A DNA stretch of 64,000 nt. Origin: Planctomycetota bacterium. GTDB lineage: Bacteria > Planctomycetota > MHYJ01 > WSZJ01. The position numbers were made by a program, and so were the translations under genes. The notes below the pieces were generated by a model that was given only the letters and a program-made list of their open reading frames with translations, searched no databases and was not told the DNA's origin. Position 1 is the first letter of the stretch, and the number at the start of each line of letters is the position of its first letter. The stretch is taken from NCBI GenBank assembly GCA_038060895.1, contig JBBTCT010000009.1, positions 112,082 through 176,081 of the forward strand, in the 5' to 3' direction. This document shows, one piece after another, positions 25,495 through 35,399 of this stretch.

Positions 25495-26321
25495 CACGGC
25501 TCTGGACCTGGACCATCGTCGCTTTCTGGGCGCTCGTCATGGCGCTTCTGTTCCGCGACAAGGTTCTGCCGTCCATGCTCCAGATCTGGTACCCGACCTA
25601 TCCTGAGGGACTTCAACACCTCGAGGAGGAGGATTACCAGATGGGCATTTTCCTCCAGGGCCAGAAGGGCGAAACGCGCATCGGCACGAGCCGGACGACC
25701 GTTTCGCCGTGGCAGGCGCAACGTCCGGAGGACACCGCGTTCTCGATCCAGGACGAGACCACCATCGACCTGTCGGCGCTCGGGCAGGCCATAGGCTCGG
25801 AACTCACGATCACCACGACCACGCTCCTCGATGCGCGCTATCACGTGAAGACCTATGACGTCGTCATCAGGACCGGGATCGGCAACTTCGAAATGAACGG
25901 CGTCGTGCGCGACAAGACGCACCTCGGGATCAGGATCAAAACCCCATTTCGACCCGAACCCGAGGAGCGTTCCATCGAGTTCGACAGTGCAATGGCGCTC
26001 GCAACCGGGCTGACCCCGATCCACCCGCCATCAGGCCTTCGAATCGGCAGGGAATGGACCGTTCACCGCATTGATCCGCTCTCCATTGTTTTTGGCTCGG
26101 AGCTGAAGCGCAAACCGCTGGTGGCCCGCGTCGAGCGGATGGAGGAAATCCAGGTCATGGGGGAGAAGCGCTCCGCGTTCGTCGTGTCGCTTCGCGGCGA
26201 CCGCTACGAAGCTCTCGCGTGGGTCGACGAAGCCGGGAAGATCCTGCAAGAGCGCGTTCCCTTCGGTTCGGGTTGGCCGCTCCTCATGCGCCGCGAGCCC
26301 GTCTCGGGGTCCGCGAAATGA
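25491..26321 (+). CDS. Membrane-anchored hypothetical protein
   Basis: ATGA overlaps on both sides; N-terminal TM; beta-rich body. Confidence 0.7.
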   Translation: MTRLWTWTIVAFWALVMALLFRDKVLPSMLQIWYPTYPEGLQHLEEEDYQMGIFLQGQKGETRIGTSRTTVSPWQAQRPEDTAFSIQDETTIDLSALGQAIGSELTITTTTLLDARYHVKTYDVVIRTGIGNFEMNGVVRDKTHLGIRIKTPFRPEPEERSIEFDSAMALATGLTPIHPPSGLRIGREWTVHRIDPLSIVFGSELKRKPLVARVERMEEIQVMGEKRSAFVVSLRGDRYEALAWVDEAGKILQERVPFGSGWPLLMRREPVSGSAK

Positions 26322-27055
26322 TCTCCTTTGAGGGCGCGGGCCGCCGCTTCGGTTCCAAGGTCGCCGTGCACCCGCTCAACCTTTCCGTCGCGCGCGGCGA
26401 GTTTTTCGCCTTTCTCGGGCCGAACGGGGCAGGGAAGACCACCACGCTCAAGCTGGCCGCAGGGCTCCTGCGGCCTGGCGAAGGGCGGATCCTCGTCGGC
26501 GGCATCGACATCAACGTCGACCCGATCGGCGCGAAGCGCCTTCTGGCGTACGTCCCCGACCAGCCTTACCTGTACGACAAACTCTCCGGCAGGGAGTTTC
26601 TTCGCTTCGTCGCAGGGCTCTACGGGATCGATGTAGCCTCCGCGCGCCCCGACATCGAACGGTTCGTCGCCCTCTTCGACATGGCGGACTGGATCGACGA
26701 GCTGACCGAGACTTATTCGCACGGCATGAAGCAGCGCGTCGCCCTCGCCTCAACGCTGCTGCACAAGCCGAAGGTCGTCCTTCTCGACGAGCCGCTGGTC
26801 GGACTTGACCCGCAGACCGGGCGTCTGGTGAAGGGAATCCTGCGCGAGCAGGCTTCCAGCGGAACGACCATTTTCATGTCGACGCACGTGCTTTCGGTTG
26901 CGGAGCAGACGGCCGACCGCATAGGCATCCTGAATCACGGAAGGCTCGTCGCCCTCGGAACGATGGATGAATTGCGCGCGAAAGCCGGCACTCCCGAGAA
27001 CCTGGAGGACATTTTCTTCCGGATCGTCGAGGCGGAGGAGGCGAAGCGCAAATGA
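26318..27055 (+). CDS. ABC transporter ATP-binding protein
   Basis: GPNGAGKTT, YSHGMKQR, LLDEP, STH. Confidence 0.95.
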   Translation: MISFEGAGRRFGSKVAVHPLNLSVARGEFFAFLGPNGAGKTTTLKLAAGLLRPGEGRILVGGIDINVDPIGAKRLLAYVPDQPYLYDKLSGREFLRFVAGLYGIDVASARPDIERFVALFDMADWIDELTETYSHGMKQRVALASTLLHKPKVVLLDEPLVGLDPQTGRLVKGILREQASSGTTIFMSTHVLSVAEQTADRIGILNHGRLVALGTMDELRAKAGTPENLEDIFFRIVEAEEAKRK

Positions 27056-28830
27056 CGGGCGCTCCTGCCAGCCATCCACGGTTGCTCCTCTGGCTCCGCC
27101 TGACCGATCTTCGGAACAGGCTTACGCGCGGGGATCGATCCTGGTTCAAAATCGGCGTGGTCACGGCGTTCGGTCTCGCGTTCTGGTTCGGCCTCTTCCT
27201 CCTGTTCGACGAGGCGTTCACGTTCCTGTCCGCCCAGCAGGAGTCCGCGTACGAGTTGACACGGTTCCTTCTCGCGATCTTCTTTTTCTTCCTCGGGCTG
27301 ATGCTCGTGTTCTCGAACGCGATCATCTCTTGGACGTCGCTCTTCAGGTCTGCCGAGACCGCCTTTCTCATGGCGTCGCCCGTGCGCGAAGAGCACCTCT
27401 TTGGGTACAAGTTCATCGAGACGCTGTGGTTTTCCTCCTGGGCGTTTCTGTTCCTGGGCACGCCTCTGATCGTGGCATTCGGGCGGACCATGGGGCTCGG
27501 TCTCTCGTTCTATGCGGGCTCCGCCGTCCTGATCGGGATGTTCATTTTCATCCCTGCCGCGCTCGGCAACATCTCTGCGCTTCTGATTGCCCGGTACGTG
27601 TCGCGCTTTCGCCGCAGGATCCTCGTCATCGCCGGCGGAGGTCTTCTCGGGATCGCGCTTTTCCTCATCTACCAGATCCTCTCGATTCGCGGGTCGGCGT
27701 CCCCGCTTTCGCCGCAGTGGATGCGCTCCGTCCTTTCGAATCTCGAACTCGCGCAGAGCCCCCTGTGCCCCTCGTTCTGGGTTGCCGACGGGGTCTCCGC
27801 ACTCGCCCTGTCTTCAAGGGCATCCGGGCTCTCCTCCGCCCCGGACCAGGCCATGTTTGCGGTTGAAGTCCGCTCCGGGCTGTCCGAGGTCGCCGCGAAA
27901 GCGCGCTGGGACGTCCTTCTCTACGGCCTCGCCATCTTCGCCAACGCCCTCTTCTTCACGCGCATCGGCTACGTCCTTTCGCGCCGATGGTTCTTCGAGT
28001 CCTGGTGCGCCGCCCAGGCGTCAGACCGCACCCGGCGCTTCCCGGAATCCCGGGCCCGCGAAGCGGCATGGAACGCGGTCTTTGTGTTCCTTCCGGCGCG
28101 GCTGCGCATTCTCGTGCTGAAGGACCTGCGCTCGTTCGTGCGCGACCCCGTGCAGTGGTCCCAGTTCCTCATCTTCTTCGGACTCCTCGCGGTCTATTTC
28201 CTCAACCTCCGCAGCTTCGCGTACCACGTCAAGATTGGGGCGTGGAAAGCGCTCATCGCCCTCCTCAACCTCTGCGCAACATCGCTCACCCTCTCGACGT
28301 TCACGACACGGTTCGTTTTCCCGCAGCTTTCGCTGGAGGGGAAGCGCTTCTGGCTGCTGGGCGTGGCGCCCACCTCGCGTTCGATGGTCGTCGCTGGAAA
28401 ATTCCTGTTCTCGTTCGTCGGCTCCCTCCTGGTTTCGGAATCCCTGATTCTGACCTCTTCCGCCATGCTGCAGGTCCCGGGACCCACCATCGCGCTTCAG
28501 GCCGTCGCGACCGTGGCAATCTGCTTCGGCTTGAGCGGACTCTCGGTCGGGCTCGGCGCCGTTTTTCCGAATTTTCGCGAAGACAACCCTTCCAAGATCG
28601 TCTCCGGCTTCGGCGGGACGCTGAACCTCATCCTCTCCCTGGCGTTCGTCTCGACGATGATGGCCATCACCGCGTACTTCGGGCGAGGCATGGTGGTGGA
28701 AGGCCTGGAGGCCGCGAACTGGCGGAGCGGGCTGGCGGCCGGCGCGGGTTCACTGCTGGCCTTTTCCCTGCTCGCGGGCGGCGTCCCGCTGACGATGGGG
28801 CTGCGTTCGATCCGCCGGCTGGAACTCTAA
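27052..28830 (+). CDS. ABC-2-type permease (putative)
   Basis: Multi-TM; FLMASPV, KDLRSFVRDPVQWSQ, FVFPQLSLEG. Confidence 0.85.
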   Translation: MTGAPASHPRLLLWLRLTDLRNRLTRGDRSWFKIGVVTAFGLAFWFGLFLLFDEAFTFLSAQQESAYELTRFLLAIFFFFLGLMLVFSNAIISWTSLFRSAETAFLMASPVREEHLFGYKFIETLWFSSWAFLFLGTPLIVAFGRTMGLGLSFYAGSAVLIGMFIFIPAALGNISALLIARYVSRFRRRILVIAGGGLLGIALFLIYQILSIRGSASPLSPQWMRSVLSNLELAQSPLCPSFWVADGVSALALSSRASGLSSAPDQAMFAVEVRSGLSEVAAKARWDVLLYGLAIFANALFFTRIGYVLSRRWFFESWCAAQASDRTRRFPESRAREAAWNAVFVFLPARLRILVLKDLRSFVRDPVQWSQFLIFFGLLAVYFLNLRSFAYHVKIGAWKALIALLNLCATSLTLSTFTTRFVFPQLSLEGKRFWLLGVAPTSRSMVVAGKFLFSFVGSLLVSESLILTSSAMLQVPGPTIALQAVATVAICFGLSGLSVGLGAVFPNFREDNPSKIVSGFGGTLNLILSLAFVSTMMAITAYFGRGMVVEGLEAANWRSGLAAGAGSLLAFSLLAGGVPLTMGLRSIRRLEL

Positions 28831-28843
28831 GGCCGGCCGTGTC

Positions 28844-28880
28844 AAAAAAAAGCCCCGGGAGATCTTCTCTCCCGGGGCTT
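28844..28880 (-). terminator. Intrinsic terminator of the mglAB operon
   Basis: 13-bp stem AAGCCCCGGGAGA/TCTCCCGGGGCTT with an 8-A run (U-tract on minus strand). Confidence 0.85.
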
Positions 28881-28894
28881 GAATCGCCGATGAC

Positions 28895-29401
28895 CTAGTC
28901 CTTGAAGAACTCGTCCACCTTGTTCTGCGCCGCGCTGGAATACCCGGTGTCCATCGCCTGCTTCGGCCCGGTCTTCTTGCTCGCGTCCGTGAACACCGTC
29001 ACCATCTTCTTCGTCACTTCGTTCGAGTACAGCCGCACCATTCCGACCGTCGTCTTGTCGTCGAAGATGATCGCCAGCAACGTCCGGTTTCCGACCAGCG
29101 TCAGATGGATGTTGTCCTTCTTCCCCTGGTGAAACAGCACGCTGAATTCCTCTTCGCCCAGGATGCGCGCCATTTCCTTCGTCGCCGCGAACGATCCTGC
29201 GACCAGCGCCGCAATCGTGTCGGTGTCGTACGAGGAACTGCCACCCGACTTCGTCACCAGGTGGCCGTCCTTGTCGATCAGGAGCGCGCACTTCGCCTTC
29301 GACAGCCGGAGCATTTCCTCCAGCATCTTGTCGATCTTGTCGATGTCTTCCTTGTAGAAGACAAGGCGTGAGTTTCTGAGTCTTTCGTCAGCTTCACGCA
29401 T
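28895..29401 (-). CDS. mglB: MglB-like roadblock/LC7 protein (GAP candidate)
   Basis: LIDKDGHLV, AALVAGSFAATKEMARILGEEEFSVLFHQGKKDNIH, GMVRL. Confidence 0.88.
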   Translation of the reverse strand: MREADERLRNSRLVFYKEDIDKIDKMLEEMLRLSKAKCALLIDKDGHLVTKSGGSSSYDTDTIAALVAGSFAATKEMARILGEEEFSVLFHQGKKDNIHLTLVGNRTLLAIIFDDKTTVGMVRLYSNEVTKKMVTVFTDASKKTGPKQAMDTGYSSAAQNKVDEFFKD

Positions 29402-29473
29402 GAACCGCTCCTGTCGTCGTGGTGTGAGGGATGTCTGAACCGGATTCTATCACGCGGGGCGTGCGCTGATCTC

Positions 29474-30457
29474 TCAATTCGTTCCGGACAGGACGGCCGC
29501 CACCAGGCAGGCGGCCGCGAGCATCGCCGTCGTTGCGGCCACCAGGATCATGCCGAAGCACCCCTCGCTCTTGGCGGGCGCGGGCGGCGGGGGAGCGTGG
29601 GCAGGGGGAGGAGGAGCCGCGGGTCTCTGCTGCGGCGTGAATTGGGGTTGCGGCGGACGGGCAGCCGGTTGCGGCGGACGGGCCGCCGGTTGCGGTGCGC
29701 GGGCAGCGGGCTGCGCTTGAGGCGGCCGCGCCACAGGCTGGGGCGGACGCGCTGCCGGCTGAGGCTGCCCCGGACGCGGCGCGGCGGGCGCCGCACCTCC
29801 CGAAACGGGCGTTCCCATCGACGGCGTCCCACCCTTGATCAGCGGCGCCGTCGAAGCCGTCGCCGACTTCACGTAGTCCCGGTTGAGCCTCTCCAGCACC
29901 AGCTTCGAAATTCCCTTCAACGTCGCCAGCACCCCTTCACCTTTCACGGCCACCGCTTCGTACGTCGGCAGCTTCCACTTGTTCATCTTCGTGTTCAGGT
30001 CGTCCACCGACAGGGCGCCCGGCAAATCGCGCTTGTTGTACTGCAGCACGAAGGGCGTCTCGAAGGGATCCATTCCGTGGGCGATCATGTTTTCGACCAG
30101 GTTGTTGAGCGACTCCAGGTTCTCAACCATTTTGGCCGGGTTCGAGTCCGCGACGAACACGACGCCGTCCGCGCCCTGCAGAACGAGTTTGCGCGTCGAG
30201 TTGTAGTAGACCTGCCCCGGCACCGTATACAGCTGAAACTTGGTGCGCATGCCGGCGACTTCGCCGAGGTCGAGGGGGAGGAAATCGAAGAAGAGCGTCC
30301 GGTCGCCTTCGGTGGCGATCGACGTCATCTTGCCTTTCGACCCGGTGGGCGCCTTCTGGTGGACGATCTCGAGGTTCGTGGTCTTCCCCGAGAGCCCAGG
30401 GCCGTAATAGACGATCTTGCAGTTGACTTCACGTCGGGCGAAGTTGATCTGAACCAT
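29474..30457 (-). CDS. mglA: MglA-type small GTPase with Pro/Gln linker and C-terminal Cys plus hydrophobic tail
   Basis: KIVYYGPGLSGKTTNL, TEGDRTLFFDFLP, TVPGQ, NKRD; tail KSEGCFGMILVAATTAMLAAACLVAAVL. Confidence 0.92.
   Translation of the reverse strand: MVQINFARREVNCKIVYYGPGLSGKTTNLEIVHQKAPTGSKGKMTSIATEGDRTLFFDFLPLDLGEVAGMRTKFQLYTVPGQVYYNSTRKLVLQGADGVVFVADSNPAKMVENLESLNNLVENMIAHGMDPFETPFVLQYNKRDLPGALSVDDLNTKMNKWKLPTYEAVAVKGEGVLATLKGISKLVLERLNRDYVKSATASTAPLIKGGTPSMGTPVSGGAAPAAPRPGQPQPAARPPQPVARPPQAQPAARAPQPAARPPQPAARPPQPQFTPQQRPAAPPPPAHAPPPPAPAKSEGCFGMILVAATTAMLAAACLVAAVLSGTN
29646..29768 (-). repeat. Degenerate 21-nt coding repeat (PQPAARP)n in MglA linker
   Basis: QPAARPP QPVARPP QAQPAARAP QPAARPP QPAARPP. 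Confidence 0.75.
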
Positions 30458-30473
30458 GATGAGCCGGGGTCTC

Positions 30474-30827
30474 CTACGCCCGAATCTGCCCCATCTGCCG
30501 AATGCGGTACGCCGCGGCGGAAATGGCGATCAGGGTCACGTCCATGTTGATTCGCTGGTCAAGGATGACGACGAGGTACGCGATTCCGATGTCGATGAAC
30601 ACGATCTTTCCGAAGCCCGCTTCCAGCACGAACTTGGAGAGATTCGGCTGGCCGAGCTTGTTCAGGTTCTGATTGATCGACTGAATGGCGCCGGAAGCGA
30701 CGGCTGCAACCACGTCTGCGGAGAGACCGGGGCCGAGTTCAGTGGCCACGACGATCCCGTCCTGGGTGACGACCATGGAGCCTTTGACGCCGACTTCCTG
30801 GTTCAGCTCGCTGAGGATCTCGTTCAT
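30474..30827 (-). CDS. Roadblock/LC7 domain protein
   Basis: ILSELNQEVGVKGSMVVTQDGIVV; AGAGG RBS. Confidence 0.85.
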   Translation of the reverse strand: MNEILSELNQEVGVKGSMVVTQDGIVVATELGPGLSADVVAAVASGAIQSINQNLNKLGQPNLSKFVLEAGFGKIVFIDIGIAYLVVILDQRINMDVTLIAISAAAYRIRQMGQIRA

Positions 30828-30900
30828 GTCGCCTCTCCGGCGGAGTTGACGCGAAGTGTAGCATGCGTTCAAGCGGGGACATCACGAAAGTCTCGAACCC

Positions 30901-32025
30901 TTACGCCTTCAGGACCGTGTCGATGTATGAGTTCAGGGCCGTCCGCACAACCTCGTCACGAGTCGTCTTGGTCGTCACCACGGCAATCAGGTGGCCGCCC
31001 GCCTCGACCATGTGAAGCCGCATCCCGGGCGCTTCCAGAATCCCGCGCTTGAACGAGCCGATGTCCATCCTTCGCGCCGAGTCTTCGCTTCCGGTATAGA
31101 TGTTCCAGATCATCTCCGCCAGCTCCGCGCTCGATCCGCTCGCCGCGAAGCTGCCGACGACCTTTCCGCTTTCGTCCATGACCATCGCGGCTTTCGCGCC
31201 TTCGACGCGCTTGAAGTCGGCGACGTGAGAAGCGGCGAGCTGGGGGTCGAGACGGGCCGGGGCGGCCTGGCCCTTGTTGTATTCGATGGGGAAGATGTTC
31301 GCCAGGTCGCGGCATTCCTCGTTCGTGCCGCCGAGCTGGACGTTCTTGAAGAGCTCTTCGATGTCGGTGCCGAGTGGCTCCTTGCCCTGGAGCTTGTCGA
31401 CGAGGCGCCGGGCTTTTTCGTCATCGGGGGCGAATCGAAGGATGTTGTTGAGCTGAGTTCCCGCGCGATCGAAGGCGCCGACTTCGGTGAACATCCGGGC
31501 GAGCATGGCGCAGGCCTTGTAGTTCATGGGATTGGCGCGCGAGGCGGACTCGAGGTGTTCGATGCACTTGAGGCCGTCCTGGGAGAGGCGGTCGGCCTGG
31601 TAGCGGACGAACCGGATGAGCCCGGTGAGGAGGTGGAGATCCTCGCTTTCGGGGAATTTCTCGAGGCCCTCGTTGGCGAGTTCGAGGGCGCGGTTGAGGT
31701 CGTTCATGTCGCGGTAGTACAGGTCGGCGAGGCGGGCGTAAGTCTCTGCTTTCGGCCGCGTCTCGATTTCCTTCTGGAGCTTGGCGAGCGTCTGCTGGTT
31801 GTGCAGCCGCATGATCTGCGCGTGGATCTCCTTGACCTTGGGCGAATCGGGAAATCGCTCGACCGCCCGGCGGACGCATTCGACGGCATTGTTGTATTCG
31901 CCGCTCTGGTAGTACTTCTCGGCGAGGGTCGAGAGCGTGGCGGGTGACGTGTTGCGCCGCGCCTCGGCCTCGAGTTTTTCGAGGTCGCGACGCTTGTTCC
32001 ACGGCAGCCAGGAGAACCAACCCAT
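30901..32025 (-). CDS. TPR-repeat protein with C-terminal roadblock domain
   Basis: MGWFSWLPW N-terminus; LAEKYYQSGEY...FPDS TPR pattern; C-terminal VEGAKAAMVMDESGKVV...RMDIGSFKRGILE. Confidence 0.8.
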   Translation of the reverse strand: MGWFSWLPWNKRRDLEKLEAEARRNTSPATLSTLAEKYYQSGEYNNAVECVRRAVERFPDSPKVKEIHAQIMRLHNQQTLAKLQKEIETRPKAETYARLADLYYRDMNDLNRALELANEGLEKFPESEDLHLLTGLIRFVRYQADRLSQDGLKCIEHLESASRANPMNYKACAMLARMFTEVGAFDRAGTQLNNILRFAPDDEKARRLVDKLQGKEPLGTDIEELFKNVQLGGTNEECRDLANIFPIEYNKGQAAPARLDPQLAASHVADFKRVEGAKAAMVMDESGKVVGSFAASGSSAELAEMIWNIYTGSEDSARRMDIGSFKRGILEAPGMRLHMVEAGGHLIAVVTTKTTRDEVVRTALNSYIDTVLKA

Positions 32026-32027
32026 GT

Positions 32028-35000
32028 TCAACGCTCCAGTGCGTAAACGTACTTGTCGGAAGAGCCGACGAGGATCAGCGCGCGTCCGGCGGCATCCTGT
32101 GCGAAGGCAGGGGAGCCGAAAATGGGGCCGTCGGTGGCGTGCTTCCAGCGCAGATTGCCGGACTTCTGGTCCACGGCATACAGGACCCCGTCCTCTGCGC
32201 CAAAATACACCGTTTCGTCCCCCACAAGCGGCGTTCCCCGGATGTCCTTCTTGCAGCCCAGGAACGGCGAATCCCAGGCTTCCTTCTGTTTGCCCAGGTC
32301 GATGGCGTACAGGGAACTCGCGGCGCCGAAATACGCCACGTCGCCGCTGATGCACACCCCTCCATCTATCTTCTTGTAACCACCGTACTTCCGTTCAAGT
32401 TGGCCGTCAAGACCGAGCACGTGAAGCGAGCCATCCTCCGACCCGGCAATGACCCGGTTATTCCAGGTCGCAATGACTCCTCCGACCGGTGATCCGGCGG
32501 GGTAGCTCCACTTTTCCTTCCCGTCCCTCAAATCCACCGCCCGGACCTTCCCGTCGTCCCCTCCAAACACGGCGCGGTCCTTGATGCACAGGGCCCGGCT
32601 CCTCACCGGCTTCCCGCCCGCCGCCGCAGTCCACGCCACGTCCCCCCCTGCCGTCTGAAACGCCCAGAGCTTCCCGTCATTGGAACCCACGAGAACCAGC
32701 CCGCCGTCCGGCGAAAACGAGGGCGTTCCCTTCACCGGACCCCCGGTCGGCTGCTTCCAGAACGGCTTGCCCGACTTCTCGTCCAGGCAGTACACCAGGT
32801 TGTCGTTCGCGCCGAAGAAAATCCGTCCGTCGCGCACTACGGGAGAGGATTGGATCTGGCCGGCGTTGCCTGCCGCAAACGGAGGCCACGGAGAAGCGCT
32901 CGGGTTCGAGATGTCGATCGCGTACACGTGCCGGTCCATGGCGCCGACAACCGCCTGCCCACCCTCGACGCACGGCGTCGTCTCGACCGCGCCCCCAAGG
33001 AGGTTCCGCCAGAGCCTTTCTTTCGACAACTCCACCGTCACCAGCCACGCCCCCGGGGTCAACGTCACCGGAAGATCCACAAACGTGCGCAGCCGAAGAG
33101 TCACCGCAACCGGCCCGTCCGCCGACACCTGCACCACCACGGGCGATGTCCCGAGCAGCTGCGTGCCCGCGAAAATCTGCGCCCCCGCGGGCACCGTCCG
33201 GATCTCGTACGGCATTCTCGCGGCGACCGCCTGCGGCGACTTCGGCGCCTTCTGCACCAGCTCCCTCACCAGGGAATGCGCCAGCTCTACTTTCCCGTTC
33301 TTCAGCATCTCTTCCACCTGCTTCTGCAGCTCAGACCCCTTCTGCAGAATCTCCTCCAGGCGTTTCGCAGCCGCCGCGGCTTCGTCCTGAAGTGCCTGGT
33401 TCTTGTGCGCTTTCGCCCACACCAGCACCGACTGGTAAAGCCCCAGCGCTTTCGGCATGTCCGGCGCCGGCCCTTCCGCCAGTTTCCGCGCGTCATCCAT
33501 CTTCCCGCGCTGCTCCTTCTCCGCCTCCCGCTCCTTCGCGCGCTGTTCGTCCTCGTCCCTCCGGGCCTGGTCCTCCGTCGCCGCGCGAATCCGGTCGAGC
33601 TCGGAAATCTTCCCGTCGGCCTCGCCGGCGATCAGGCTCCACGAAAAGCGGTTCTTGATCTCCTTGTACTTCTCCCGAGCCTGGTCCCACTTCCGCTCCA
33701 CCAGGAACGCGTCCGCCTCCGACTGGATGTCGCTCCACGCACGCCGTGCCTGGATTTCGTACCAGGCGAAAATCAGGATGACGAGGAGGACCAGCGCGCC
33801 GCCGCCCGCGACGGCCATCCGTGTGAGCTGCTTTTTCCGCGTGGCTCGCCGCTGCGAATAGATGCGTTCGATTTTGAAGCGGATGTCGGTGCGCGTGGGG
33901 AGAACCGCGAGGACCTTTCGCGCAAGGGCGTCGATGTCGGAGCTGTCCGGGGGGAGGTGGTCGATCGCCGCCGTCAAGTGCCGGGCACAGGCTTCAGCAT
34001 CGCCGAGATCCTGGCAGAGGGCGGCGATTCGGAGCCGAAGATCGACGTCCGTGGGCTTCCAGAGCACGAGCGCCTCGCCAACCGCGCGCGCCGCCTGCCT
34101 GTCGCCGGAAGCGCTGAGGGCAGGGAAGACCTGCTCCCCGATTTTCACCGCTTCTCCCGAAGCTTTCAGCGTCGAGAGGATCTTGAAAATCGAGTAGGAC
34201 ACCTGCGCGTCCGTGGGCCGGCACTCGGAGGCCTGGCGGAAACACTGAAGCGCTTCCTGCAGTCTGCCGCGGGACTCCCAGATTCGCCCCATTTCGGCGT
34301 AGTAGACAAACGCTTCTTCGTTCAGCCCGGCCTGCCGGAGGACGAGGGCGAGTTCCTGCTGAGGGACCAGGTTTTCGTGATCGAGGTCGACGGCGCACGT
34401 GAGGATCTTGATGGCGCGGTCGCGCTGGTTCTGGGAGGAAAGTTTCTTCCCCATCGCGACAAGTTCGTCCTGCGAGACCTGGCGGACGCCCTTCTTGGTC
34501 AGCAGCTCGTACAGGGCCTTGCACGCGGCGAAGCGCGAGAGGCCCGAGTCGTCGACGACCTGGTCTACCGTTCGGCTGGCGTCGGTGAGGCGGGCGATGG
34601 ATTTGAGCGAACCGTCCGTGGTGGATTGGGCGAGTTGCTGGCCCGCGGGAGTGAGGGCGAAGATGGAGTTGGCGCTTGGGATTGCCTGGTGAATGAGCGT
34701 CCACTCGTCGATGCGCCGGCTGGCCTCGAACAGAAGGGAATTGACGTCGAATTTGAGGCTCGTGACGGGCTTGTCGGCGTCCATGACTTCGGCGGACGGT
34801 GGCCCGTCGATGAACTCGAAGGAGGCTTTCTTCCAGGAGAAGAGGTCGAAGATTTCGTCCTCGATCTGCGTGCGGATGACACCCGAGATTTCCTCTTCGG
34901 AGGCAATGCCTCGTTCAACGACGATCTCGCCGAGTTTCTTGCCGGAGCCTTTCTGGGCGCCGAGGAGGTCCTTGAGCTGGTCCGGCGAAATCTTTCCGGC

Positions 35001-35198
35001 CTTGAGGAGCAGGTCGCCGATGCGAAGGCCTTTGCGGGAACCGAGGGAGAGAAGTGAAAGCCCCTCTTTTCCGAAGTAGATGCACTTGCGGCTTTCTCCA
35101 TCGCCGACGACGAGGGTGCCCTCCTTCTGGGAATTTGAGAGGGTCTGGAAGATATCCGCGAGGCCGAGGGTGGAGAGGTCGCCTCTGAAACCGCCCAC
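32028..35198 (-). CDS. DUF4388 (PatA-N-like) + TPR + TM + PEGA + PQQ-like beta-propeller protein
   Basis: FRGDLSTLGLADIFQTL...GTL, LFSWKKASFEF, LLFEASRRIDEW; TM AVAGGGALVLLVILIFAWY; TVPAGAQI..LGTSP; repeated G..DG..YA....G...W propeller blades. Confidence 0.85.
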   Translation of the reverse strand: MGGFRGDLSTLGLADIFQTLSNSQKEGTLVVGDGESRKCIYFGKEGLSLLSLGSRKGLRIGDLLLKAGKISPDQLKDLLGAQKGSGKKLGEIVVERGIASEEEISGVIRTQIEDEIFDLFSWKKASFEFIDGPPSAEVMDADKPVTSLKFDVNSLLFEASRRIDEWTLIHQAIPSANSIFALTPAGQQLAQSTTDGSLKSIARLTDASRTVDQVVDDSGLSRFAACKALYELLTKKGVRQVSQDELVAMGKKLSSQNQRDRAIKILTCAVDLDHENLVPQQELALVLRQAGLNEEAFVYYAEMGRIWESRGRLQEALQCFRQASECRPTDAQVSYSIFKILSTLKASGEAVKIGEQVFPALSASGDRQAARAVGEALVLWKPTDVDLRLRIAALCQDLGDAEACARHLTAAIDHLPPDSSDIDALARKVLAVLPTRTDIRFKIERIYSQRRATRKKQLTRMAVAGGGALVLLVILIFAWYEIQARRAWSDIQSEADAFLVERKWDQAREKYKEIKNRFSWSLIAGEADGKISELDRIRAATEDQARRDEDEQRAKEREAEKEQRGKMDDARKLAEGPAPDMPKALGLYQSVLVWAKAHKNQALQDEAAAAAKRLEEILQKGSELQKQVEEMLKNGKVELAHSLVRELVQKAPKSPQAVAARMPYEIRTVPAGAQIFAGTQLLGTSPVVVQVSADGPVAVTLRLRTFVDLPVTLTPGAWLVTVELSKERLWRNLLGGAVETTPCVEGGQAVVGAMDRHVYAIDISNPSASPWPPFAAGNAGQIQSSPVVRDGRIFFGANDNLVYCLDEKSGKPFWKQPTGGPVKGTPSFSPDGGLVLVGSNDGKLWAFQTAGGDVAWTAAAGGKPVRSRALCIKDRAVFGGDDGKVRAVDLRDGKEKWSYPAGSPVGGVIATWNNRVIAGSEDGSLHVLGLDGQLERKYGGYKKIDGGVCISGDVAYFGAASSLYAIDLGKQKEAWDSPFLGCKKDIRGTPLVGDETVYFGAEDGVLYAVDQKSGNLRWKHATDGPIFGSPAFAQDAAGRALILVGSSDKYVYALER

Positions 35199-35399
35199 GC
35201 GGATCCCCTGATGGAGGTGAGCTGACGCGTCACGCGCCGATTGCGCGACTTTCCCTAAGTCTTGATCCTATCGGAATCTATGACTGTCGTCAAGCCCGGC
35301 CGTTGCATCCGCGAGAGGACTCTGGTAGTTTCTTTCGGCCGGGTCGTCGCCGATGAAGGGGGAACGGCGCCCGACCGGCCAGTGCGGGGTTTCAAAATC

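Noticed and set aside
558-30457. A complete eukaryote-like prenylation pathway (barrel prenyltransferases + ICMT + MglA Cys)
   Set aside because: The barrel proteins have signal peptides and lie over 25 kb away, the MglA tail is not a CaaX box, and ICMT/PEMT homologs are common in bacteria.
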